Assembly: GCA_043228905.1 (NCBI GenBank) | Contig: JBHGNT010000025.1 | Coordinates: forward strand, 124,001 to 188,000 | Direction of reading: 5' to 3' | DNA: 64,000 nucleotides | Origin: Azolla caroliniana | Lineage: Eukaryota > Plantae > Polypodiophyta | In this document: in pieces, positions 38,936-51,739 of the stretch | Numbering within the stretch: the first letter of the stretch is position 1 | Layout: each line of letters begins with the position of its first letter | Notes under the pieces: model-generated | The model's database searches: none | What the model was told of the DNA's origin: nothing | The model's input: only the letters and a program-made list of their open reading frames with translations | Translations under genes and position numbers: made by a program

Positions 38936-41220
38936 AACAATGCTAGCTATTATCTGGAACTAAAAAATCAAGATTTTGAAACTCAGCTCGAGAGATATGA
39001 AGAAATTAGCAATCTTGAGGAGGGAGTTGAGAGGAGCACTTGAGTATATTAAAATGTTTATACCTGGGTCGTGTGATATCGGATTTTTGTGTTCAAACAT
39101 GCGAATCGAAGCTCAGAACGCTAGCTATGATATGGTATTAAAAAATCATGATTTTGAAATTGAGGTCGAGAGACATGAAGAAATTAGCAATCTTGAGGAG
39201 GGAGTTGAGAGGAGCCCTTGAGTACATTAAAATGTTCATACCTGGCGCGTGTGATATCGGATTTTTGTGTTCAAACATGCGAATCGAAGCTAACAACGCT
39301 AGCTATGAAATGGTATTAAAAAATCAAGATTTTGAAACTCAGGTCGAGAGACATGACGAAATTACCTAATTTGAGGACTGAGTTGAGACGACCTAGTAGG
39401 TAAATTAAAATGTTCATACCTGGCTCGTGTGATATCGGATTTTTGTGTTCAAACATGCGAATCAAGCTAACAACGCTAGCTATTATATGGAACTAAAAAA
39501 ACAAGATTTTGAAACTCAGGTCGAGAGATATGAAGAAATTAGCAATCTTGAGGAGGGAGTTGAGAGGAGCCCTTGAGTACATTAAAATGTTCATACCTGG
39601 CGCGTGTGATATCGGATTTTTGTGTTCAAACATGCGAATCGAAGCTAACAATGCTAGCTATTATATGGAACTAAAAAATCAAGATTTTGAAACTCAGGTC
39701 GAGAGATATGAAGAAATTAGCAATCTTGAGGAGGGAGTTGAGAGGAGCCCTTGAGTGCATTAAAATGTTCATACCTGGCGCGTGTGATATCGGATTTTTG
39801 TGTTCAAACATGCGAATCGAAGCTAACAACACTAGCTATTCTATGGAACTAAAAAATCAAGATTTTGAAACTCAGGTCGAGAGATATGAAGAAATTAGCA
39901 ATCTTGAGGAGGGAGTTGAGAGGAGCCCTTGAGTAAATTAAAATGTTCATACCTGGCTCGTGTGATATCGGATTTTTGTGTTCAAACATGCGAATCGAAG
40001 CTCACAACGCTAGCTATGATATGGTATTAAAAAATCATGATTTTGAAATTGAGGTCGAGAGACATGAAGAAATTAGCAATCTTGAGGAGGGAGTTGAGAG
40101 GAGCCCTTGAGTACATTAAAATGTTCATACCTGGCGGGTGTGATATCGGATTTTTGTGTTCAAACATGCGAATCGAAGCTAACAACGCTAGCTATGACAT
40201 GGTATGAAAAAATCAAGATTTTGAAACTCAGGTCGAGAGATATGAAGAAATTACCTACTTTGAGGAGGGAGTTGAGAGGAGCCCTTGAGTAAATTAAAAT
40301 GTTCATACCTGGCTCGTGTGATATCGGATTTTTGTGTTCAACCATGCGAATCGAAGCTCACAACGCTAGCTATGATATGGTATTAAAAAATCATGATTTT
40401 GAAATTGAGGTCGAGAGACATGAAGAAATTAGCAATCTTGAGGAGGGAGTTGAGAGGAGCCCTTGAGTACATTAAAATGTTCATACCTGGCGCGTGTGAT
40501 ATCGGATTTTTGTGTTCAAACATGCGAATCGAAGCTAACAACGCTAGCTATGACATGGTATTAAAAAATCAAGATTTTGAAACTCAGGTCGAGAGATATG
40601 AAGAAATTAGCAATCTTGAGGAGGGAGTTGAGAGGAGCCCTTGAGTACATTAAAATGTTCATACCTGGTGCGTGTGATATCGGATTTTTGTGTTCAAACA
40701 TGCGAATCGAAGCTCACAACGCTAGCTATGATATGGTTTTAAAAAATCATGATTTTGAAATTGAGGTCGAGAGACATATCGAAATTAGCAATCTTGAGGA
40801 GGAAGTTGAAAGGAGCCCTTGAGTACATTAAAATGTTCATACCTGGCTCGTGTGATATCGGATTTTTGTGTTCAAACATGTGAATCGCAGCTAACAACGC
40901 TAGCTATGACATGGTATTAAGAAATCAAGATTTTGAAACTCAGGTCGAGAGATATTACGAAATTACCTACTTTGAGGAGGGAGTTGAGACGACCTAGTAG
41001 GTAAATTAAAATGTTCATACCTGGCTCGTGTGATATCGGATTTTTGTGTTCAAACATGCGAATCAAAGCTAACAATGCTAGCTATTATATGGAACTAAAA
41101 AATCAAGATTTTGAAACTCAGGTCGAGAGATATGAAGAAATTAGCAATCTTGAGGAGGGAGTTGAGAGGAGCACTTGAGTATATTAAAATGTTTATACCT
41201 GGCACGTGTGATATCGGATT

Positions 41221-41420
41221 TTTGTGTTCAAACATGAGCTAACAATGCTAGCTATGATATGGAACTAAAAAATCAAGATTTTGAAACTCAGGTCGAGAGA
41301 TATGAAGAAATTAGCAATCTTGAGGAGGGAGTTGAGACGACCTAGTAGGTAAATTAAAATGTTCATACCTGGCTCGTGTGATATCGGATTTTTGTGTTCA
41401 AACATGAGCTAACAATGCTA
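41221..41420 (+). other. Two adjacent 170-bp monomers sharing the same 8-bp deletion (AACATG^AGCT)
   Basis: AACATGAGCT at 41231-41240 and 41401-41410 versus consensus AACATGCGAATCGAAGCT. Confidence 0.93.
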
Positions 41421-42989
41421 GCTATGATATGGAACTAAAAAATCAAGATTTTGAAACTCAGGTCGAGAGATATGAAGAAATTAGCAATCTTGAGGAGGGA
41501 GTTGAGAGGAGCCCTTGAGTAAATTAAAATGTTCATACCTGGCTCGTGTGATATCGGATTTTTGTGTTCAAACATGCGAATCGAAGCTCACAACGCTAGC
41601 TATGATATGGTATTAAAAAATCATGATTTTGAAATTGAGGTCGAGAGACATGAAGAAATTAGCAATCTTGAGGAGGGAGTTGAGAGGAGCCCTTGAGTAC
41701 ATTAAAATGTTCATACCTGGCACGTGTGATATCGGATTTTTGTGTTCAAACATGCGAATCGAAGCTAACAATGCTAGCTATTATATGGAACTAAAAAATC
41801 AAGATTTTGAAACTCAGGTCGAGAGATATGAAGAAATTAGCAATCTTGAGGAGGGAGTTGAGAGGAGCACTTGAGTATATTAAAATGTTTATACCTGGCT
41901 CGTGTGATATCGGATTTTTGTGTTCAAACATGCGAATCGAAGCTAATCACGCTAGCTATGACATGTTATTAAAAAATCAAGATTTTGAAACTCAGGTCGA
42001 GAGACATGACGAAATTACCTAATTTGAGGACTGAGTTGAGACGACCTAGTAGGTAAATTAAAATGTTCATACCTGGCTCGTGTGATATCGGATTTTTGTG
42101 TTCAAACATGCGAATCAAGCTAACAACGCTAGCTATTATATGGAACTAAAAAATCAAGATTTTGAAACTCAGGTCGAGAGATATGAAGAAATTAGCAATC
42201 TTGAGGAGGGAGTTGAGAGGAGCCCTTGAGTACATTAAAATGTTCATACCTGGCGCGTGTGATATCGGATTTTTGTGTTCAAACATGCGAATCGAAGCTA
42301 ATCACGCTAGCTATGACATGTTATTAAAAAATCAAGATTTTGAAACTCAGGTCGAGAGACATGACGAAATTACCTAATTTGAGGACTGAGTTGAGACGAC
42401 CTAGTAGGTAAATTAAAATGTTCATACCTGGCTCGTGTGATATCGGATTTTTGTGTTCAAACATGCGAATCAAGCTAACAACGCTAGCTATTATATGGAA
42501 CTAAAAAATCAAGATTTTGAAACTCAGGTCGAGAGATATGAAGAAATTAGCAATCTTGAGGAGGGAGTTGAGAGGAGCCCTTGAGTACATTAAAATGTTC
42601 ATACCTGGCGCGTGTGATATCGGATTTTTGTGTTCAAACATGCGAATCGAAGCTCACAACGCTAGCTATGATATGGTATTAAAAAATCATGATTTTGAAA
42701 TTGAGGTCGAGAGACATGAAGAAATTAGCAATCTTGAGGAGGGAGTTGAGAGGAGCCCTTGAGTACATTAAAATGTTCATACCTGGCGCGTGTGATATCG
42801 GATTTTTGTGTTCAAACATGCGAATCGAAGCTAACAATGCTAGCTATTCTATGGAACTAAAAAATCAAGATTTTGAAACTCAGGTCGAGAGATATGAAGA
42901 AATTAGCAATCTTGAGGAGGGAGTTGAGAGGAGCCCTTGAGTACATTAAAATGTTCATACCTGGCGCGTGTGATATCGTATTTTTGTGT

Positions 42990-45900
42990 TCAAACATGCG
43001 AATCGAAGCTAACAACACTAGCTATTCTATGGAACTAAAAAATCAAGATTTTGAAACTCAGGTCGAGAGATATGAAGAAATTAGCAATCTTGAGGAGGGA
43101 GTTGAGAGGAGCCCTTGAGTAAATTAAAATGTTCATACCTGGCTCGTGTGATATCGGATTTTTGTGTTCAAACATGCGAATCGAAGCTCACAACGCTAGC
43201 TATGATATGGTATTAAAAAATCATGATTTTGAAATTGAGGTCGAGAGACATGAAGAAATTAGCAATCTTGAGGAGGGAGTTGAGAGGAGCCCTTGAGTAC
43301 ATTAAAATGTTCATACCTGGCACGTGTGATATCGGATTTTTGTGTTCAAACATGCGAATCGAAGCTAACAATGCTAGCTATTATATGGAACTAAAAAATC
43401 AAGATTTTGAAACTCAGGTCGAGAGATATGAAGAAATTAGCAATCTTGAGGAGGGAGTTGAGAGGAGCACTTGAGTATATTAAAATGTTTATACCTGGCT
43501 CGTGTGATATCGGATTTTTGTGTTCAAACATGCGAATCGAAGCTAATCACGCTAGCTATGACATGTTATTAAAAAATCAAGATTTTGAAACTCAGGTCGA
43601 GAGACATGACGAAATTACCTAATTTGAGGACTGAGTTGAGACGACCTAGTAGGTAAATTAAAATGTTCAGTTGAGAGGCTCGTGTGATATCGGATTTTTG
43701 TGTTCAAACATGCGAATCAAGCTAACAACGCTAGCTATTATATGGAACTAAAAAATCAAGATTTTGAAACTCAGGTCGAGAGATATGAAGAAATTAGCAA
43801 TCTTGAGGAGGGAGTTGAGAGGAGCCCTTGAGTACATTAAAATGTTCATACCTGGCGCGTGTGATATCGGATTTTTGTGTTCAAACATGCGAATCGAAGC
43901 TAACAATACTAGCTATTATATGGAACTAAAAAATCAAGATTTTGAAACTCAGGTCGAGAGATATGAAGAAATTAGCAATCTTGAGGAGGGAGTTAAGAGG
44001 AGCCCTTGAGTACATTAAAATGTTCATACCTGGCGCGTGTGATATCGTATTTTTGTGTTCAAACATGCGAATCGAAGCTAACAACACTAGCTATTCTATG
44101 GAACTAAAAAATCAAGATTTTGAAACTCAGGTCGAGAGATATGAAGAAATTAGCAATCTTGAGGAGGGAGTTGAGAGGAGCCCTTGAGTAAATTAAAATG
44201 TTCATACCTGGCTCGTGTGATATCGGATTTTTGTGTTCAAACATGCGAATCGAAACTCACAACGCTAGCTATGATATGGTATTAAAAAATCATTATTTTG
44301 AAATTGAGGTCGAGAGACATGAAGAAATTAGCAATCTTGAGGAGGGAGTTGAGAGGAGCCCTTGAGTACATTAAAATGTTCATACCTGGCGCGTGTGATA
44401 TCGGATTTTTGTGTTCAAACATGCGAATCGAAGCTAACAACACTAGCTATTCTATGGAACTAAAAAATCAAGATTTTGAAACTCAGGTCGAGAGATATGA
44501 AGAAATTAGCAATCTTGAGGAGGGAGTTGAGAGGAGCCCTTGAGTAAATTAAAATGTTCATACCTGGCTCGTGTGATATCGGATTTTTGTGTTCAAACAT
44601 GCGAATCGAAGCTCACAACGCTAGCTATGATATGGTATTAAAAAATCATGATTTTGAAATTGAGGTCGAGAGACATGAAGAAATTAGCAATCTTGAGGAG
44701 GGAGTTGAGAGGAGCCCTTGAGTACATTAAAATGTTCATACCTGGCACGTGTGATATCGGATTTTTGTGTTCAAACATGCGAATCGAAGCTAACAATGCT
44801 AGCTATTATATGGAACTAAAAAATCAAGATTTTGAAACTCAGGTCGAGAGATATGAAGAAATTAGCAATCTTGAGGAGGGAGTTGAGAGGAGCACTTGAG
44901 TATATTAAAATGTTTATACCTGGCTCGTGTGATATCGGATTTTTGTGTTCAAACATGCGAATCGAAGCTAATCACGCTAGCTATGACATGTTATTAAAAA
45001 ATCAAGATTTTGAAACTCAGGTCGAGAGACATGACGAAATTACCTAATTTGAGGACTGAGTTGAGACGACCTAGTAGGTAAATTAAAATGTTCAGTTGAG
45101 AGGCTCGTGTGATATCGGATTTTTGTGTTCAAACATGCGAATCAAGCTAACAACGCTAGCTATTATATGGAACTAAAAAATCAAGATTTTGAAACTCAGG
45201 TCGAGAGATATGAAGAAATTAGCAATCTTGAGGAGGGAGTTGAGAGGAGCCCTTGAGTACATTAAAATGTTCATACCTGGCGCGTGTGATATCGGATTTT
45301 TGTGTTCAAACATGCGAATCGAAGCTAACAATACTAGCTATTATATGGAACTAAAAAATCAAGATTTTGAAACTCAGGTCGAGAGATATGAAGAAATTAG
45401 CAATCTTGAGGAGGGAGTTAAGAGGAGCCCTTGAGTACATTAAAATGTTCATACCTGGCGCGTGTGATATCGTATTTTTGTGTTCAAACATGCGAATCGA
45501 AGCTAACAACACTAGCTATTCTATGGAACTAAAAAATCAAGATTTTGAAACTCAGGTCGAGAGATATGAAGAAATTAGCAATCTTGAGGAGGGAGTTGAG
45601 AGGAGCCCTTGAGTAAATTAAAATGTTCATACCTGGCTCGTGTGATATCGGATTTTTGTGTTCAAACATGCGAATCGAAACTCACAACGCTAGCTATGAT
45701 ATGGTATTAAAAAATCATTATTTTGAAATTGAGGTCGAGAGACATGAAGAAATTAGCAATCTTGAGGAGGGAGTTGAGAGGAGCCCTTGAGTACATTAAA
45801 ATGTTCATACCTGGCGCGTGTGATATCGGATTTTTGTGTTCAAACATGCGAATCGAAGCTAACAACACTAGCTATTCTATGGAACTAAAAAATCAAGATT

Positions 45901-46165
45901 TTGAAACTCAGGTCGAGAGATATGAAGAAATTAGCAATCTTGAGGAGGGAGTTGAGAGGAGCCCTTGAGTAAATTAAAATGTTCATACCTGGCTCGTGTG
46001 ATATCGGATTTTTGTGTTCAAACATGCGAATCGAAGCTCACAACGCTAGCTATGATATGGTATTAAAAAATCATGATTTTGAAATTGAGGTCGAGAGACA
46101 TGAAGAAATTAGCAATCTTGAGGAGGGAGTTGAGAGGAGCCCTTGAGTACATTAAAATGTTCATA
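42990..46165 (+). repeat. 8-mer HOR (1425 bp), about 2.2 copies, marked by a TACCT>GTTGAGA replacement
   Basis: TTCAGTTGAGAGGCTCG has its insert at 43670-43676 and 45095-45101. AATACTAG, AGTTAAGAGG and CATTATTTTG are also each present twice, 1425 bp apart. Confidence 0.9.
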
Positions 46166-48339
46166 CCTGGCGCGTGTGATATCGGATTTTTGTGTTCAAA
46201 CATGCGAATCGAAGCTAACAACACTAGCTATTCTATGGAACTAAAAAATCAAGATTTTGAAACTCAGGTCGAGAGATATGAAGAAATTAGCAATCTTGAG
46301 GAGGGAGTTGAGAGGAGCCCTTGAGTAAATTAAAATGTTCATACCTGGCTCGTGTGATATCGGATTTTTGTGTTCAAACATGCGAATCGAAGCTCACAAC
46401 GCTAGCTATGATATGGTATTAAAAAATCATGATTTTGAAATTGAGGTCGAGAGACATGAAGAAATTAGCAATCTTGAGGAGGGAGTTGAGAGGAGCCCTT
46501 GAGTACATTAAAATGTTCATACCTGGCACGTGTGATATCGGATTTTTGTGTTCAAACATGCGAATCGAAGCTAACAATGCTAGCTATTATATGGAACTAA
46601 AAAATCAAGATTTTGAAACTCAGGTCGAGAGATATGAAGAAATTAGCAATCTTGAGGAGGGAGTTGAGAGGAGCACTTGAGTATATTAAAATGTTTATAC
46701 CTGGCTCGTGTGATATCGGATTTTTGTGTTCAAACATGCGAATCGAAGCTAATCACGCTAGCTATGACATGTTATTAAAAAATCAAGATTTTGAAACTCA
46801 GGTCGAGAGACATGACGAAATTACCTAATTTGAGGACTGAGTTGAGACGACCTAGTAGGTAAATTAAAATGTTCATACCTGGCTCGTGTGATATCGGATT
46901 TTTGTGTTCAAACATGCGAATCAAGCTAACAACGCTAGCTATTATATGGAACTAAAAAATCAAGATTTTGAAACTCAGGTCGAGAGATATGAAGAAATTA
47001 GCAATCTTGAGGAGGGAGTTGAGAGGAGCCCTTGAGTACATTAAAATGTTCATACCTGGCGCGTGTGATATCGGATTTTTGTGTTCAAACATGCGAATCG
47101 AAGCTAACAATGCTAGCTATTATATGGAACTAAAAAATCAAGATTTTGAAACTCAGGTCGAGAGATATGAAGAAATTAGCAATCTTGAGGAGGGAGTTGA
47201 GAGGAGCCCTTGAGTACATTAAAATGTTCATACCTGGCGCGTGTGATATCGTATTTTTGTGTTCAAACATGCGAATCGAAGCTAACAACACTAGCTATTC
47301 TATGGAACTAAAAAATCAAGATTTTGAAACTCAGGTCGAGAGATATGAAGAAATTAGCAATCTTGAGGAGGGAGTTGAGAGGAGCCCTTGAGTAAATTAA
47401 AATGTTCATACCTGGCTCGTGTGATATCGGATTTTTGTGTTCAAACATGCGAATCGAAACTCACAACGCTATCTATGATATGGTATTAAAAAATCATGAT
47501 TTTGAAATTGAGGTCGAGAGACATGAAGAAATTAGCAATCTTGAGGAGGGAGTTGAGAGGAGCGCTTGAGTACATTAAAATGTTCATACCTGGCGCGTGT
47601 GATATCGTATTTTTGTGTTCAAACATGCGAATCGAAGCTAACAACACTAGCTATTCTATGGAACTAAAAAATCAAGATTTTGAAACTCAGGTCGGGAGAT
47701 ATGAAGAAATTAGCAATCTTGAGGAGGGAGTTGAGAGGAGCCCTTGAGTAAATTAAAATGTTCATACCTGGCTCGTGTGATATCGGATTTTTGTGTTCAA
47801 ACATGCGAATCGAAGCTCACAACGCTAGCTATGATATGGTATTAAAAAATCATGATTTTGAAATTGAGGTCGAGAGACATGAAGAAATTAGCAATCTTGA
47901 GGAGGGAGTTGAGAGGAGCCCTTGAGTACATTAAAATGTTCATACCTGGCGCGTGTGATATCGGATTTTTGTGTTCAAACATGCGAATCGAAGCTAACAA
48001 TGCTAGCTATTCTATGGAACTAAAAAATCAAGATTTTGAAACTCAGGTCGAGAGATATGAAGAAATTAGCAATCTTGAGGAGGGAGTTGAGAGGAGCCCT
48101 TGAGTACATTAAAATGTTCATACCTGGCGCGTGTGATATCGTATTTTTGTGTTCAAACATGCGAATCGAAGCTAACAACACTAGCTATTGTATGGAACTA
48201 AAAAATCAAGATTTTGAAACTCAGGTCGAGAGATATGAAGAAATTAGCAATCTTGAGGAGGGAGTTGAGAGGAGCCCTTGAGTAAATTAAAATGTTCATA
48301 CCTGGCTCGTGTGATATCGGATTTTTGTGTTCAACCATG

Positions 48340-51300
48340 CGAATCGAAGCTCACAACGCTAGCTATGATATGGTATTAAAAAATCATGATTTTGAAATTG
48401 AGGTCGAGAGACATGAAGAAATTAGCAATCTTGAGGAGGGAGTTGAGAGGAGCCCTTGAGTACATTAAAATGTTCATACCTGGCACGTGTGATATCGGAT
48501 TTTTGTGTTCAAACATGCGAATCGAAGCTAACAATGCTAGCTATTATATGGAACTAAAAAATCAAGATTTTGAAACTCAGGTCGAGAGATATGAAGAAAT
48601 TAGCAATCTTGAGGAGGGAGTTGAGAGGAGCACTTGAGTATATTAAAATGTTTATACCTGGCTCGTGTGATATCGGATTTTTGTGTTCAAACATGCGAAT
48701 CGAAGCTAATCACGCTAGCTATGACATGTTATTAAAAAATCAAGATTTTGAAACTCAGGTCGAGAGACATGACGAAATTACCTAATTTGAGGACTGAGTT
48801 GAGACGACCTAGTAGGTAAATTAAAATGTTCATACCTGGCTCGTGTGATATCGGATTTTTGTGTTCAAACATGCGAATCAAGCTAACAACGCTAGCTATT
48901 ATATGGAACTAAAAAATCAAGATTTTGAAACTCAGGTCGAGAGATATGAAGAAATTAGCAATCTTGAGGAGGGAGTTGAGAGGAGCCCTTGAGTACATTA
49001 AAATGTTCATACCTGGCGCGTGTGATATCGGATTTTTGTGTTCAAACATGCGAATCGAAGCTAACAATGCTAGCTATTATATGGAACTAAAAAATCAAGA
49101 TTTTGAAACTCAGGTCGAGAGATATGAAGAAATTAGCAATCTTGAGGAGGGAGTTGAGAGGAGCACTTGAGTATATTAAAATGTTTATACCTGGCTCGTG
49201 TGATATCGGATTTTTGTGTTCAAACATGCGAATCGAAGCTAATCACGCTAGCTATGACATGTTATTAAAAAATCAAGATTTTGAAACTCAGGTCGAGAGA
49301 CATGACGAAATTACCTAATTTGAGGACTGAGTTGAGACGACCTAGTAGGTAAATTAAAATGTTCATACCTGGCTCGTGTGATATCGGATTTTTGTGTTCA
49401 AACATGCGAATCAAGCTAACAACGCTAGCTATTATATGGAACTAAAAAATCAAGATTTTGAAACTCAGGTCGAGAGATATGAAGAAATTAGCAATCTTGA
49501 GGAGGGAGTTGAGAGGAGCCCTTGAGTACATTAAAATGTTCATACCTGGCGCGTGTGATATCGGATTTTTGTGTTCAAACATGCGAATCGAAGCTAACAA
49601 TGCTAGCTATTATATGGAACTAAAAAATCAAGATTTTGAAACTCAGGTCGAGAGATATGAAGAAATTAGCAATCTTGAGGAGGGAGTTGAGAGGAGCCCT
49701 TGAGTACATTAAAATGTTCATACCTGGCGCGTGTGATATCGTATTTTTGTGTTCAAACATGCGAATCGAAGCTAACAACACTAGCTATTCTATGGAACTA
49801 AAAAATCAAGATTTTGAAACTCAGGTCGAGAGATATGAAGAAATTAGCAATCTTGAGGAGGGAGTTGAGAGGAGCCCTTGAGTAAATTAAAATGTTCATA
49901 CCTGGCTCGTGTGATATCGGATTTTTGTGTTCAAACATGCGAATCGAAACTCACAACGCTAGCTATGATATGGTATTAAAAAATCATGATTTTGAAATTG
50001 AGGTCGAGAGACATGAAGAAATTAGCAATCTTGAGGAGGGAGTTGAGAGGAGCCCTTGAGTACATTAAAATGTTCATACCTGGCACGTGTGATATCGGAT
50101 TTTTGTGTTCAAACATGCGAATCGAAGCTAACAATGCTAGCTATTATATGGAACTAAAAAATCAAGATTTTGAAACTCAGGTCGAGAGATATGAAGAAAT
50201 TAGCAATCTTGAGGAGGGAGTTGAGAGGAGCACTTGAGTATATTAAAATGTTTATACCTGGCTCGTGTGATATCGGATTTTTGTGTTCAAACATGCGAAT
50301 CGAAGCTAATCACGCTAGCTATGACATGTTATTAAAAAATCAAGATTTTGAAACTCAGGTCGAGAGACATGACGAAATTACCTAATTTGAGGACTGAGTT
50401 GAGACGACCTAGTAGGTAAATTAAAATGTTCATACCTGGCTCGTGTGATATCGGATTTTTGTGTTCAAACATGCGAATCAAGCTAACAACGCTAGCTATT
50501 ATATGGAACTAAAAAATCAAGATTTTGAAACTCAGGTCGAGAGATATGAAGAAATTAGCAATCTTGAGGAGGGAGTTGAGAGGAGCCCTTGAGTACATTA
50601 AAATGTTCATACCTGGCGCGTGTGATATCGGATTTTTGTGTTCAAACATGCGAATCGAAGCTAACAATGCTAGCTATTATATGGAACTAAAAAATCAAGA
50701 TTTTGAAACTCAGGTCGAGAGATATGAAGAAATTAGCAATCTTGAGGAGGGAGTTGAGAGGAGCACTTGAGTATATTAAAATGTTTATACCTGGCTCGTG
50801 TGATATCGGATTTTTGTGTTCAAACATGCGAATCGAAGCTAATCACGCTAGCTATGACATGTTATTAAAAAATCAAGATTTTGAAACTCAGGTCGAGAGA
50901 CATGACGAAATTACCTAATTTGAGGACTGAGTTGAGACGACCTAGTAGGTAAATTAAAATGTTCATACCTGGCTCGTGTGATATCGGATTTTTGTGTTCA
51001 AACATGCGAATCAAGCTAACAACGCTAGCTATTATATGGAACTAAAAAATCAAGATTTTGAAACTCAGGTCGAGAGATATGAAGAAATTAGCAATCTTGA
51101 GGAGGGAGTTGAGAGGAGCCCTTGAGTACATTAAAATGTTCATACCTGGCGCGTGTGATATCGGATTTTTGTGTTCAAACATGCGAATCGAAGCTAACAA
51201 TGCTAGCTATTATATGGAACTAAAAAATCAAGATTTTGAAACTCAGGTCGAGAGATATGAAGAAATTAGCAATCTTGAGGAGGGAGTTGAGAGGAGCCCT

Positions 51301-51680
51301 TGAGTACATTAAAATGTTCATACCTGGCGCGTGTGATATCGTATTTTTGTGTTCAAACATGCGAATCGAAGCTAACAACACTAGCTATTCTATGGAACTA
51401 AAAAATCAAGATTTTGAAACTCAGGTCGAGAGATATGAAGAAATTAGCAATCTTGAGGAGGGAGTTGAGAGGAGCCCTTGAGTAAATTAAAATGTTCATA
51501 CCTGGCTCGTGTGATATCGGATTTTTGTGTTCAAACATGCGAATCGAAACTCACAACGCTAGCTATGATATGGTATTAAAAAATCATGATTTTGAAATTG
51601 AGGTCGAGAGACATGAAGAAATTAGCAATCTTGAGGAGGGAGTTGAGAGGAGCCCTTGAGTACATTAAAATGTTCATACC
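48340..51680 (+). repeat. 9-mer HOR (1600 bp), about 2 copies, containing an internal 3-mer (533 bp) duplication
   Basis: ORFs 48570/49103 and 50170/50703 (533). ORFs 48386/49986, 48570/50170, 49103/50703 and 49636/51236 (1600). Confidence 0.85.
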
Positions 51681-51739
51681 TGGCGCGTGTGATATCGGAT
51701 TTTTGTGTTCAAACATGCGAATCGAAGCTAACAACACTA

